A stretch of DNA of 64,000 bases, from assembly GCA_964016885.1 (NCBI GenBank), contig OZ024743.1, positions 3,658,001-3,722,000 of the forward strand. The letters are read 5' to 3'. Positions 23,816 to 37,204 of this stretch are shown here, one piece after another (the stretch's first letter is position 1; each line of letters starts with the position of its first letter). Source of the DNA: Eledone cirrhosa. Its lineage: Eukaryota. The position numbers and the translations under genes were made by a program. The notes under the pieces were generated by a model, which was not told where the DNA came from, ran no database searches, and was given only the letters and a program-made list of their open reading frames with translations.

Positions 23816-25794
23816 TTATTTACTATATCGTTTAAGTTTATTTCTAATACTTCTATAAAGGCATTACCAACTAAAAAATATCACTGAGGATAAATCAAGC
23901 AACTGACTAGACAACTAAGATGCCTTGTATTAAACCCACCTCAGAATGTAAATGGCTGTAACTAAATACTAATAGTATTTTTTCTGACTCTTTAACGATT
24001 CTCTCTGTCAACTTCCTAGGTCTCATAAGTTATTACAAGATCATACATTTAGTGGTGAGACCACAGTCGATTAAATCGATTCAGTTATTTAACACGTACT
24101 TATGTTGTCTAACCATGTAAGATATTTCATTCAATAACTGAAATATTAAACATTAATTTCAAAAATTTAATTTATAGCTATATTTTGCTAATTCTATGAG
24201 TAGTGTAAATTCTTGCCAATAATTTACATAATTCTGTTAATGGTAGCCACCTCATTTAAACCAATGAAAAATGAAACCAAAACCAAAGTGATTTGAACTC
24301 AAGAATGTATATGATCGCAATTTATACCCCCAATCCATACTGTGGTTTGACAGAATCTATAGAATACCTTGCAATGTTTAACTAAAACCATTTAAGTTCT
24401 GAATTCAGATCTCACTGAGATCAACTTTGCACAGTCTGTAGAGTGAGGTACAAGACCAGTCAAGTACTGAATCAATCTGATTAATTATACTTGCCTCCAA
24501 AAATTGTGACTTTGTCCCGATGTTAGAAATAATATCCCAATTTGGTATTTATATTGTCTAATTATATTTCACATTTTCAATACTTTAAACTTCATTTGTA
24601 TCATTCCACTCCTATTTTGGAAAGAAAAGTTGACATAGATCTTACTCTCTGTCCCAGTTAGTTCTGGCGCCATAGTCAAGATAAAACACTTGCTTCCATT
24701 ACACTTTATGTGTATGCTTATTTATATGTGTATACTGTTGTATTTGATTCTGTGTCCTTGACTTCACTTAAACAACTTTGACAAGTGACAAATCTCATGC
24801 CAGTGACATGCACAGTCACTAAAGCATACATAAGCCTCCATTCACCCTCACTTCCAACAAAAATATACACAGTATATTGTTTTTCATCTACCATTTACAT
24901 AATTTGACAATTGAATAAAAACATCATTTGATGGCTTTACTTATGATTTCTTTTTGATACAATTAAATAACATTTGATTCAAATAATTTGAGAATTTCAA
25001 ATTATTATTCCAGCTAGAGATATTTTCACTTGTTCCATTCGACATCCAAATACAAATAGCATTATCAGATTTCTTTGGAACTCTGATTAGTACATCATCT
25101 ATAAGGGCAACCCCTGTAAAGTGATGCAGTTTCAGTTCTGATATGGAACCACTTCATTTATGGTGCCTGAAAACTGTGAAGGTATTATGTCACCACACTC
25201 ACCCACAAACACAAAGATATTCCATTTAAAATATAGAATTTTGAATCTTAAGATTTATAAAAATCCAGTATGATTGATATGAATAAACCTTAGACAAGTG
25301 TCTGTTAACACAGCCTCAAATGAATCAGAGCATTGTGGGTAAACTTTGGTGGCCAGAAATTGTGTTGAAACCATTTGGAGGAACCATTCCCGCTCCTGGA
25401 TGGTGGACACAATCTGTCACCCAGGTTGATGATAGCACCTGACACGTAGTTGCAAGTATTCTGGCTAGGTCTCGGGTTTAAAAATAACTCTCTTCCACCA
25501 GTTGTAAAAGAAGCCTACAAAAGAACTAAGTGCATGTTGTCCTTCCTTTGAATAAGATATAAAAATCAAAATCAAAGTTTAAAATATTAGTTATAATTCC
25601 CTCAATAAACTCCAATAATAATGAAACATACCTCAGGTTGTTTACTATACTTTAAAAAATAAAGTTAAAAGGAAAGAATAATAATAGTCATCGACTAACA
25701 CTCTTCTTCCTTTTCTTCTTCTTCTCCTCCTCCTTGAATAAATGCAAAAAACTGCTGTGAAAGATTCTGCAGAAGTATGGGATTGATGTACAGC

Positions 25795-26775
25795 TTTTTT
25801 TTTTTTTTTGCATTCTACTAATTTATTTACATTATTCTTAACTTCGCCTATTTATAACAGCTTAGTCAACATCCAAAACATAAACATACATACCGACCAT
25901 AATTAAATATGGAATGATACGCGATGGGGCCTCCCCACAGCCCCAGCAGTCAGAATGGAGAAGGTGTTTACCCAGACGATGGCAAGGGAGATGCGCAGGG
26001 CTCACACCTGCGGCTGGCCAGCTCAGCGCCTATGGTGGTGAGTAGGGAGGTAGCCCTAGGGCCGAGGACACCAGAAGTCTCCACTGCCAGGGGTACAACC
26101 GCAAACCTGTTGGAGATCGACTGGTATTTGATGAGTTTAGCCTCCTTAGCTCGATGTGCAGCAGAACCCGGGTTAATCGCAGACTGCAGAAAGTGTTGGT
26201 GCAAGTGGCATCCCATTCTAGGGGTTTGCCACTGCGGAACGGGAAGATAGTCATGCCATCTGGCCTTTTGCCGTCCCCTCGGTCCAGCCCCACCGGCTCG
26301 AGCTGGGAAGGGAAGCCTGCAGTGTCCAAGCCATGCTTTATTACCTTGTTGAGGGCAGCCTGGCATGGAAGGCGGCCGGCAGTGGTGACAGGAAAGCGGG
26401 TGGAGGCTGAGTGTCCACGGTGGATCAGCAGCGACATTGGTGTGGCTCGCATTTCCGGAGGCCGAGCCTCAAGGAAACACCGATGCGCAGGCTATTATTG
26501 TCTACCTGCGTGCCAGTGGAGAAGGAGGGCAGGGCATGGAGCCAGGCACCACTGTGGGGTTTGGAGGCCACAGAAAAACGGGCAAGGTGGTGCTGGTCGA
26601 GCTGGCACATGAGCCTGTCTGAGGCCAGGCTGCACTGGATGGCATCCCAAGTGCTTTGGGGGGACTTGACGTCAACAGGGGGAGGAGGAGGAGGGACGTC
26701 TACTGGGCTAAGTCCCAGCCGGTCCCACGTTCTCTGAACACAGAGGGTTCTTGCTGCCCTGATGTCGCTATACAA
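25795..26775 (-). mobile_element. CRE-clade non-LTR retrotransposon 3' fragment (restriction-like endonuclease) with poly(A) tail
   Basis: HSGAWLHALP...[52 protein letters not shown]. Poly(T) at 25795-25809 on +. Confidence 0.85.
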
Positions 26776-26784
26776 ATGCCCTAG

Positions 26785-27640
26785 TATTTGTGTTCGAATA
26801 AATGGTGTTCTGTCACCTCGTGTTCATAATCTTCATGAACAGGATTCACATAAGCAACCAGGCTGTAAGTGGCTTCATGGCTGATAGCTGTAGGATTAGT
26901 TGGCTAGAATTTGCAGATGATATGGTATTACTTAACTCATCAGGTGATCTCTGACATGCACTTGATAGGTTTGATGCTGTGAAGATTGAGACACTCCTCC
27001 TCTGAATGAAGCCTGTGCAGTGCACTCTACAGGGGAATGAGGTACACTGAAGAATGTGCCGAAGTTCAAGTATCTTAGGACCATGTTCACAGGTGATGGA
27101 AGGCAATAGGCTGAATTAAAGAGCAAGATTTGCAGGAGCTGGTGCAGTAATGTGCCAGCTTCAGCATTTGGCAATCAGAAGGGAGATAGGTGTAAAAGCC
27201 AAACTCATTTTCTTCAATTCAGTATTTGTGCCATGAATTCTGGGTAATGACCAAAAGAATATAGTCATGAATATAAGGAGCCAAAATGGAGTTCTCCAAA
27301 GAATCTTTGGAGTAACATACTCATTAGATTGTGTAGCTTGGAGATCAGTGTCACTACGGGTAGAACCACTACTTCAGAGCTCTGTTATTATGGGCATGTG
27401 GTTTGAATAACCACAAGAAAGAATCACTGAATAGATTTCAATGGCAAAACTAACTGGCAGGAGACCCAGGGGTAAATCCTGAGCAAGATGGTTGGATAAT
27501 GTCCAAGAGCTCCACTAGTCTCTCTTGGGATCCAGCTGGATCAATTGAAGAAAGTTGCTTCTGACAGGACCTGCAGGAAGGATTGTTTGGGGACTCTTCA
27601 CCCATGACCCTTTCAGGAATAAAACAGCAGCAGATGAGGA
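26785..27640 (+). mobile_element. Decayed RTE (Expander/Rex3-like) LINE 3' fragment
   Basis: Broken frames give EFADDMVLL, KFKYL..MFTGDGR and GRRPRG motifs. Confidence 0.65.
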
Positions 27641-27671
27641 GGCGCACATTATATTAATGGTTACATATGTC

Positions 27672-28018
27672 ATCATTCATCATCATCATTTCATTTTACG
27701 TCCACTTTTTCCCTGCTTGCAAGGGTGGGACGGGAACTGATTCTGGCTTTATTTCTACAGCTGGATGCCCTTCCTAACACCAACCTCATTTTACAGTGAG
27801 TGCTGGGTGCTTTTCTGCCGTGGCACCTACACGACCACTTTGCAGTGGAATGATAGGGACCTCAGTCCCTATCATCTCATTTCTACAGCTGAGTAAACTG
27901 GAGCAATGTGAAATAAAGTGTCTTGCTCAAGGAAACAACACATCACCCGGTCTTAGAATTGAACTCACAACCTTTCGATTGCAAGGCCAATGCTCTAACC
28001 ACTAAGCCATGTGCCTCC
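27672..28018 (-). mobile_element. SINE family A
   Basis: Very similar to 12702-13043. Confidence 0.9.
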
Positions 28019-28929
28019 ATGTAGGCTTGCTAAAGTGACACTTGCTATAAAATAGCATAATAGCAAGAAGAATAGAAATAAGAATACCAGATGGTACATA
28101 TTTAATTGTGACTACTGCTTTTTTCATTTAACATTGAATATAGAAAGAGTTCTCACATATCATTCAATCAATGTTTATTCATCTCAATTAACCTAAGTGT
28201 ACTATGACAGTTGTTTGACTTTTCCTCATCAGCACTTCTATCAATGGGTGGATACCCATATTGAATTCCAAGCTATACTCCCATTGCTTACAGTAGTTCA
28301 AGAACACCTTCCTAGTGTACTTTTTTACAACTTCATTCACTAGAGTTAACAAGAGTTAAGTCACTGTATAGTGCTAGATATGAAGTTTGAACCATCAATC
28401 ATTCAGTCCTTGTTACTACTTGTTCAAGGACACATTTATCTGTTTGATCAATGGATTGAGCCAAGAACCTTATAATCAGAAAGACAATACCTTAACTACG
28501 AAGACATATACCCTCACTATCTATTGATATCATACTACTAATTTAAATAGTCAAGCAACTGATTGTATTTATTGTACATGTACATAAGACAATTAAGTAT
28601 TTATCTTTTCTAATTTAATGGAATTAAAAAAATATAAACGTTTTTCTAAATGTTTTAATGATCACAATTTAGTTACTTAGGGAATGAGTGGCTTTTTCCC
28701 TGCTATAAAACAATTTGCTAGGCTAATAAACATTTCAACAAATAAAAGTGTTTCTAGCAGAGATAAGAGATCTTATTAACTCTTTTGCTACTACTAGGTC
28801 ATATATTTCAAAGAATTTGATATAATTAATTTTGGAAGGGTTTAGTAAAATATCTCATCTCTCTCTATATATATCTATCTACACACACACGGACACACAC
28901 ATATATATATATATGTGTGTGTGTGTGTG

Positions 28930-29745
28930 TATGTAAAAGGTAAACATAAATAACAACACAATCAGTGGAAGGAATATATTAGGTTAACACTCGAAATAAC
29001 AGGAAGAGGGTCTTATCGTTTCGGATGCTAGTCCTTCATCAGAAGAAAGAATGAGAAATAAGATAGATTGAAGGGACGGGCGGAGTGGAATTGGAAAAAA
29101 ATGTCTTTAGATAAAAATAACAGGTCCATTCATGTTGACATCTCTTGGAAAACTGTTGATTCTGGCGTTTTGTGTATGATACAATTTTTTAACAGTGGAT
29201 GATGGAGCGCGTCTACCTGAAATGGAAAAATAAACATTTTGAAAAAGAACTATACTTGTGCACGTGCGTATACATGTGTGTGTGTTATATGTTCGTACGA
29301 AGCTAAGAAGCTATGTGGGTAAAAGAGTGTGTGCTTGTAAGTACGAAGCTATGAGCAAAAGTATGTTAATATAAGGGTGTGTGTGAAGGGAAAAGTGGAG
29401 TGTGCATATTTTGTTGGCCTGTATTAGTTGTAAGAGTATATGTTTCTGACCATAAGAGAGCCATAGACCCATACAGGCGCGTGTGTGATAACGGACGGGG
29501 TATTAAAAAAATGGGGGGAGGGGCAGTTGAGTCCATGAGGGAAACAGGACCCAAGGTGGTAAATCAGACTCTGTTCAGTCCTGGTGCGCGAGGCCAGTGA
29601 TCCGTGATGTCAAAGGAGACTCAGGATTAAGATATGTAGGGAAGAGTGACCAGGAGAATGGAAATGATGGGCAACGGGAGTATCCAAACAGAGTCGTATA
29701 TCCCTCAAATGCTCAGCAAAACGGTCCACCAAAAGGTGTCCCGTA
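28930..29745 (-). mobile_element. Penelope-like 3' fragment (GIY-YIG C-terminus plus terminal repeat)
   Basis: TGHLLVDRFAEHLRDIR...PVAHHFHSPGHS...EQSLIYHLGS.FPHGLN, typical of the PLE endonuclease C-terminus. Hammerhead motif at 29011-29046. Inserted in microsatellite. Confidence 0.8.
29011..29046 (-). ncRNA. Minimal hammerhead motif, probably inactivated
   Basis: ucuu CUGAUGA aggacuagcaucc GAAACG AU aaga. The U before the cleavage site is A here but U in the sister copy at 59717-59752. Confidence 0.6.
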
Positions 29746-30194
29746 TATATATATATATTATAAAGAGTCAGGACCCAACATCTAAACTCAGCCATTGGGA
29801 CCCGACTCTTTATAATATAGCCATTCTCTACTACCCCTAGTTTTGAGTACTCTTATGTAATGGTCTAACTTGTTTCAAACTGGTTCCATCCTGATTTATA
29901 AATATATGTGTATATATATATATATAGGTGAATAAGTCACTCCTAGAGTGTAACTGATTGTAATTAATTAAATTCTGAATTGGTCATTTGCAAAACACAT
30001 GTTACATGTGATTAGCAATAAAGTATGTTGAACTGAAACATGGATTTTTCTTCATATATATATATATAAAGAAAAATCCATGTGATTTGGAATAAAGTAT
30101 GTTGAACTGAAACATGGATTTTGCTTCATATATATATATGAAGAAAAATCGATGTAACGTGTTTTGCAAATGACCAGTTCAGAGTTTAATCAGT

Positions 30195-30228
<34 letters not shown>

Positions 30229-30616
30229 AAATTAAATTATGCTTGTAATAATCAACCTAAATATCATAATATATATATATAATAATAAGATTTCTATTTT
30301 ATAGTGAATATTTTAGTATAAGTGGTTTAGCATTAAAAAGGTTAAACATAATATTTGTATCAATGCTTGTGCATCTGTCCTAATATAGTCGCCATTTTCA
30401 GCATTATTAAAAATAATGGTCAAGTCATTTTTAAACGTTACTGATAACTTGTAACCCAATACATGGTTGGGTCATCGGTGACCAAACTGGCAACCCCACC
30501 AAGCTTGCTTGATGAGGAGGGAGATTTTGGACACTCCGCAGGATTAAAAACAAAAATCCCATCAAAGGACGGATTAACTCAGGACAGTCAATGGCCATCC
30601 AATAGTATATACATGT

Positions 30617-31080
30617 CATCATCATCACCATTTTACATCCATGCTAGCATGGGTTAGACGAGTTGTCCTGTTGTGGGCAATGCTAGGTCAGGTGACCATG
30701 TCTTGCTCATACAGAACTGATTTTGGCTTGGTTTCTACAGCTGGATGCCCTTCCTAGTGCCAACCTCATTTATAATGAGTATTGGGTGCTTTTTTATATG
30801 ACACCTACACAACCACTCTACAGTGTGGATTGGGTGCTTTTTGTTGTGACACCTACACCACCAATTTATAGTGTGGATTGGGTGCTTTTTGTTGTGACAC
30901 CTACACCACCAATTTATAGTGTGGATTGGGTGCTTTTTGTTGTGACACCTACACCACCAATTTATAGTGTGGGCTGGGTGCTTTTTGTTGTGTCACCTAC
31001 ACAACCACATTACAGTGTAGACTGGGCACTTTTTGTATTGCCGATATGACCACTTTACAGTGTGGACTGAGCACTTTTGT
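30617..31080 (-). mobile_element. SINE family A 3' part with expanded 48-bp minisatellite
   Basis: About 6 tandem copies of gtgtggattgggtgctttttgttgtgacacctacaccaccaatttata at 30778-31080. Confidence 0.8.
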
Positions 31081-31399
31081 CTTGGAACTAGGGAGGGTGG
31101 CAGGGGAGGTTGGGGAAATTGCTGACAGAGATAATAGGGAAGGAATGATTACTGCAACTGGAGGTGTATGGGCGGGGAGAAAGTTGTGGAAGGTGTTGTC
31201 TTCAACAGTCAAAATCACCAAGTTCAGTTAGCAAACAACTGCCAGTATTTATAGTGATGGCATATGCAACTTACATTACTCAGCTAATAAAAGGCCAATG
31301 ACAACTAAAAATCCAAGATGTTCATATGGCATTGCTCATTGCATTCATCACCATGGAGCACATGCTGGGGTGTAGGATCTGGCTCCAGATCTTGAAAAA

Positions 31400-31660
31400 T
31401 ATGCTATTGATCCAATAGCAGAACTAAACTTATTAAAAGACAAGATCACCTATATGTTCAACGTTTGGACTCTAAACTGTCAGTGTCAACCCTCAAAATT
31501 AATAGCATCAAGACACTTTCACATCGGGCATCCTCAGATGACTTATATCGAGCAGCTGACTAAAGATGTTGGTTTGACAATCGAAGACCTGAAAACAGTA
31601 ATGGAGGACAGGAACATCTGAGCTGGCCCAAGCAATTCACCTGAACTGATGATGATGAAA
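31400..31660 (+). mobile_element. Decayed RTE-type LINE 3' end
   Basis: GHPQMTYIEQLTKDVGLTIEDLKTVMEDR followed by a (TGA)n tail. Confidence 0.55.
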
Positions 31661-32719
31661 AATAATGAAAACATTACTGACAATTTTATTGACCCTGGAA
31701 GGATGAAAGGCAAAAGACAGACAGTATTTGATCCACCACCCTGTGATACTATATAATAATGCAAACCTAGCTAAGCCAAGCAAGCATGGAAATATAAACA
31801 CTAAAATTAGCTACAATAAAGATAAGTAAATTAATACAGAAGGCACATTGTAAACAAAGTGATAGTATTTTATTATCATTCAATCAATACAACAGATTTT
31901 TATCAAAGTAAAAATTAAAAAAAAAGTATGTAGGTATAAAGGTCCCAACACAAAATCAAGTCATAAAAAACAAATTGAGTGTACTAATAAATATATACTT
32001 TAATCTATTTATATAATATATATATATACTACTGCTGCTAAACTATATATTTACGTATCAGCTGTTGATATTAAATAGTTTTCAATGACTCAGTGTCATT
32101 GAAACATACATTCACTCTTTCAATCCATAAAAGGCTCAAAGTGGTGATGAATGAAAGGTACACTGCCTAATCATATGTGAAAGGCTTAGTAGCTCTTTTC
32201 AAAATTCTATTAAAAATTCACAAGGCTTGAATTACAGTAATTTGGAAGAGAATTCACTCACCTATATAGCACCAGTAGTAATTTTTTTTGTTTTTTTGTT
32301 TTCTAACTTTTCAGTATTTTTTCAGGCTAGCATGTAGTGAAGAGTTCACCTGAATTTTTTGAAGAATTGCTTTCATAGTAAATTGTTCTTAATACTATGG
32401 TTCTTAACTATGAACAGGAGTGATATCTATTTTCAGCTGCATATCTTCATAAAATAGAATAATATATTTAAGATGAAAATAAATAAATAAAGCATAAGAA
32501 GGGTTTGAGCTTTTGGGTTAATGATTAAGTATTTTAACCAAGAAGTGATGGGCTTTGGGTACTGAATTAAAGTATGAGTATAAGATGATTAAACATTATA
32601 AGATGAAATTTGAACATTTGGTTTTTATAAAATAAATGTTATATGTTTAAATGAAAGTATCTAGTATGCTTTAAAATTGTTATTTTATTGGGGTTGATAT
32701 AATTGACTGTTCTTCAACA

Positions 32720-33150
32720 CCCAAATGTTTGGCCATGTACCTATGTGAGATATTATTTCAGTGAGGCCCTGATTAACTTCTTCAAATTCCACTTAAAGAG
32801 GAAAATCAAGGTGAAGAGAGAAGTGCTGCCTTCCAGCCAGTTTGTTGAAAGGTGGATAAGAATGGTGAGCATAGTCTAAGTAAACACATCAGTTTTGAAC
32901 TTGCTCCAGTACTCTTGAAGAGGACAGCTAGGTGAGGGTCATTGCTCTAGCAGTCAGTATGGCCATGGCTTTTTGTGGGCTTTCTTTCACCCTCGGACGA
33001 CTCCCCGTTATTTGGCTATATTTTTGTTTTAATTTTACATGTTCTTGTTTTTTATATATTTTTGTACAAAGAAACCCATACTGTAACATCCTGTGCCATC
33101 CTTGATGTGTACCTTTTGTGGTTAATAAAGTAATCATCATCATTATTATA
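32720..33150 (+). mobile_element. Interspersed LINE 3' end (L1/Tx1-like)
   Basis: FFKFHLKRKIKVKREVL...FVERW, then a UTR ending in AATAAA. Related copy at 62570-62975. Confidence 0.45.
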
Positions 33151-33234
33151 ATAATTATTATTATTCAGTAACACACTGTGGTAATTGCTGGCCTTGTGCC
33201 AAAACTAGAAACATTATCATTATTATCATTATAT

Positions 33235-33450
33235 GGGATAGTGGATTGGAGAATCATTAGTATCAGACAAAATGCTTAACAGTATTTATTCATGTTCTTT
33301 TTGTTCTGAGTTCAAATTTCGCTGATGTCAACTTTTCCTTTCAGCTTCTCAGAGTTGATAAAATGAAATACTAGAAACATACTGGGGTCAATTTAATGAA
33401 CTTTCTCCTCCAGTCAAAAAGCAAGCTTGTGTCAATATTAGAAACAATTA
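33235..33450 (+). mobile_element. SINE family B, older than the inverted duplication (partner at about 53280-53495, minus)
   Basis: Degenerate A/B boxes and core; present at the matching position in both arms. Confidence 0.7.
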
Positions 33451-34470
33451 TCACTTTAGCATCAGCAAGACAAAGTCATTGCTTATGTTAAAAGTAGGGT
33501 AATTTTATGTTAATACCTCTCTAGGCTTTCCTTAAAATACAATTCAGTCTCATGGGAATAAATACAGAGAGGGTTTCTGTTTTTCAGGGTATGAAGAAAA
33601 CATTGCCAGAGAGAGGTTTAATCCTATCAATTAACATATGCTTACAGTGTAAAATAGTCAGAGAATGAATGTATACCCTTGTAATAAAAAAAAAAACAGA
33701 AATCATGATTTAATACTATTAATGAAACATATTTAAAGGTAATTTCACAACTTAATATGAAAGAATTAGTTATAATCATTAAAAGAAGAACAAGAAGACT
33801 ACACTTGAATAATATACTTATTGTATAATAATGTAGAGCATATATTCATATATAAAGGATTAAATAACTTGGAATTTTTCAACTGCCTTTGAGAAGATAA
33901 TGTATTGAAACAGATGACTGTTTAATCCTGTATAAGAGAATACAAAAGAACTAAATAAATTTACAATTCAATCAAGGAAAAAAGAGATATAACATTGTAA
34001 CAGCTGTCCCCCCCCCCCCCCCATTACTACAAAGAGTTTATATTTAATGTGCTAACACATTTCTACACAATTTTTAGCTTATGTTTTCTAAATTACTTAT
34101 GATTGTGAGATATACACACTTAAACATATTGTAACCCTTTCATGACCATATTTCTAATGAAATACCTTCTATATCAATTAATTGATGAAGAAATTTGAAG
34201 GATTTACTAAAATTATTAATTATTTCATTACTAAGATACAATATGGTTCTTACATAAAACTATGCTAGAAGATTTTTATTTAGATAGGAACCCTTTAAAA
34301 TTGAGAATACCTTTATTTTTGTTTTACTATCTAATTATTTTCTCCAAGAGTCATAATAGAGTGATTTGGTAAAACTCCATGAGTTAAATTATTTAGAATC
34401 TGTTTCTCTTATAGTGGAATACATTTGGTATTTAATATACTAATTAGTCTGTAATTTTTTTTATAACAAA

Positions 34471-34949
34471 CTAGCAGAAAAGCCACCCTTCGAGTGGTTT
34501 TCTGCTAGCATGTGTAGTGTGTATTTTGATATTATACGCAGGTATATATACATCAAATAAAATCGTAATTGACAATATTTAATACATAGAAATTGAACGA
34601 AGACTTATGTAATCAGTAACGTAATCCATGATACATTAAAAAAGACGATATTATATATAAACTGCATTAGGAGAAAATTAGTGACGGAAAATTAGTATGT
34701 TTATTTAAGCGATCGCCACCAGAAGTGTTGACATTTCAGAAATTTTAAAGAAGTGATTCTTTAAATAAACAAAATATATTTAATGAACAGCCACGGAATT
34801 TAGTAGATAAATTATGTAATATTCATTCATTATTTATTCAAAGTAATCCAACTTATTTTACAACTAGTTAGTCTGCTTCAGATCTAGCAAAACTAAAAAC
34901 TAAATCATCCTATTCTGCTGATTATATATATATAAACTATATATATAGA
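34471..34949 (-). mobile_element. Non-autonomous Helitron-like element
   Basis: Minus strand A|TCTATATA...ccactcgaagggtgg hairpin...CTAG|T. Confidence 0.5.
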
Positions 34950-35191
34950 TGTAAGGGGACGGACTCTCATAGGACCAACATCAAATTTGTCTGTCCCCTT
35001 ATCGATAATTTGTATTGCATTAGAAATATTTCACAACAACCTCATTACTTAACATGCTGTCTGATGAAGTTGTGTTGGTGATTGTGTGATTACAGCATTA
35101 TGTAATTATTAATACCACAGGTATTACAGCAGATTATGAATATCTACATCTGGCCTTCGCAATTATCAGTATTATTATGTGCGTGTGTGTA

Positions 35192-35235
<44 letters not shown>

Positions 35236-35238
<3 letters not shown>

Positions 35239-35410
35239 CAAAGGAATTGTGGTAAGGAACCAGATGGACCATAACGCACCAGAGTACTCAATACTTAGGG
35301 TAGTAGAGTGGGAATAGGAAAAAGTATGACCCCGACGGCAGAGCTCAAGCCGTTTCGACGGCTATTTCGTCGAAACGGCTTGAGCTCTGCCGTCGGGGTC
35401 ATACTTTTTC
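35236..35410 (-). mobile_element. Short PLE-like terminal fragment with 43-bp-arm fold-back
   Basis: Palindrome 35318-35410; same family as 21182-21345; flanked by (TA)n. Confidence 0.6.
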
Positions 35411-36798
35411 TTATATATATATATGTAGATCCCAAGTAAAACCGGGGGTAACCAGTTAAAATAGGTACTCAGTACATTAGTAAAATGTAAACATCATTAT
35501 TTAATATAGAATTGGCTTCGTCCCTCAACGGTTGGCCTACCTTTGCTTCCACGTCAAGTTCTTGCTCATGAAATACCATCACACAACATACATTCATGTC
35601 CATGTCAGCCACCAACAGTTTACAATTTATAAACTATATGAAGGGTTTGAATACAAAGATATCTTTAATCGGGTGTCAAGTCTGGGTGATATAGAGTTGA
35701 AACTAAATACTGTAAAATATAGTTCTATAAGAAATAATACTATTAGTATATAATAGACAAGTTCCATGTATCATGGAGTGACAGTAAATTCTAGACAAAC
35801 CAACATTTATAAGATTTCAATTCACAGGGAAAGACATAAATCTCACAACTTCTCTTACGAATTTAACTAAGATTTCAAACTCATTTAGATGTACAGGAGT
35901 GTGTTCTATATATGCAGAGAAATAAAAATCTGAAAGCAAATGGTTAATATTTAAAATGACAGTTGACATTACTACTATTATCATAAAATAAAAGGTAATG
36001 ATTACTGTTTTGCAGTGATCACTAAACGAAAACAAAGAAAAGATGATCAGAGAAACGAAAACAGGTGACCATGTAAGATGATGCTAATGTGTTGGAATAG
36101 ATAACACAACGATATTGTGTCCATCGTCCGTCAAGGTAGGGGGGAGTAATTTTGTAGAGTCATGTCAACAAAATTGAATGTTTTATGGTCCTGAGTGAAT
36201 CAATTATTTTATAAAGGGATCCAGTTTAAGGGTGTATTTGGGGAGAAGATATTAGAGGGGTGTGGTGTTCATTGTCAGAGGTGGGAATTTTTTTTTTTTT
36301 TCAAGTATAGAAATATGTTACAAATGCCGCTCCATCTATGACATGTCGACTAAAGGTGTATTGTGGGGAAATACAAATTGATCGACTGTCATAATGTCAG
36401 TGTGAAGTCAGATGTAAGTTGAATATATATATATATATATCCAAAGATAAGTTTTAAATATTCATCAGAAATACATTATTATTATGTATTATCACCGTGG
36501 CCAGTTTACTCGGAAGAACGAAGAACAATAGCTGCCAAATGAACTTCAGTGTTTCGTTTAGGTTTCTTATTTTTTTCTTTTTGCTCACTTTTTTATCAGA
36601 GTATCATTTGATATTAAAAAATAAAAAATAAAAAATTAGTAGTTTCTTTCAAACATTTATCATTTAGTTTTGTTCGTTTGTAATGGTTATTTTTTTCTTT
36701 CCATTTTTAAATACTACTCGGCTTATCACTTCATAACAAATGATAGAAGTCCATCATGATAAATAATCATTCAACTTAATTCCTGCCATTGTCGAGTC

Positions 36799-37059
36799 TC
36801 AGGGTATCTGACGCCGGAGTAAGTCAAGTTCCTCGGCTTTGGTACTCGCATAATGGTGATACATCATCTTCACACCCGTTACCACAGACAAACGTAACCT
36901 TAGATTATAACGGAAAGAGTTTTTCTTGTTTTTCACAGCTCTTTTATAACGAACCTCTAAGTCCCGTATCTTCTGGTCAAGCAATACAATTTGATGACAA
37001 GCTCTTTCAAACTTAGATTGCGCTTCTCGCATTTGTTCTGTCACAAGTAGTTGATCCAT
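36799..37059 (-). CDS. Uncharacterised 86-aa basic coiled-coil protein, copy A
   Basis: MDQLLVTEQMREAQSKFERACHQIVLLDQKIRDLEVRYKRAVKNKKNSFRYNLRLRLSVVTGVKMMYHHYASTKAEELDLLRRQIP. Strong gaaATGG context, no indels relative to copy B, upstream promoter motifs. Alternative ATG at 37098. Confidence 0.75.
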   Translation of the reverse strand: MDQLLVTEQMREAQSKFERACHQIVLLDQKIRDLEVRYKRAVKNKKNSFRYNLRLRLSVVTGVKMMYHHYASTKAEELDLLRRQIP

Positions 37060-37204
37060 TTCAGCTTCAGGTCGTAATAATTCCAACTGAGCACACATAA
37101 AACACGATGTTCAAACAGCGTTCGAAATTCTGATCAGAAAGCTGCTAAATAAGCGTCATACAAGTAAATTCTTTTCAATTAAACGAAATAGAAGAAGGTT
37201 CAGG

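Noticed and set aside
28790-28865. Outermost block of the inverted duplication (versus 58620-58700)
   Set aside because: Collinear, but may be an independent copy of a common repeat, so it was left out of the arm coordinates.
36754-36801. TGA readthrough or selenocysteine extension (DSTMAGIKLNDY...)
   Set aside because: No redox motif or recognisable SECIS, and the copies differ by an indel shortly downstream.
36789-37016. Antisense 75-aa ORFs over both coiled-coil genes
   Set aside because: Non-ATG starts; their conservation is explained by the duplication of the sense ORF.
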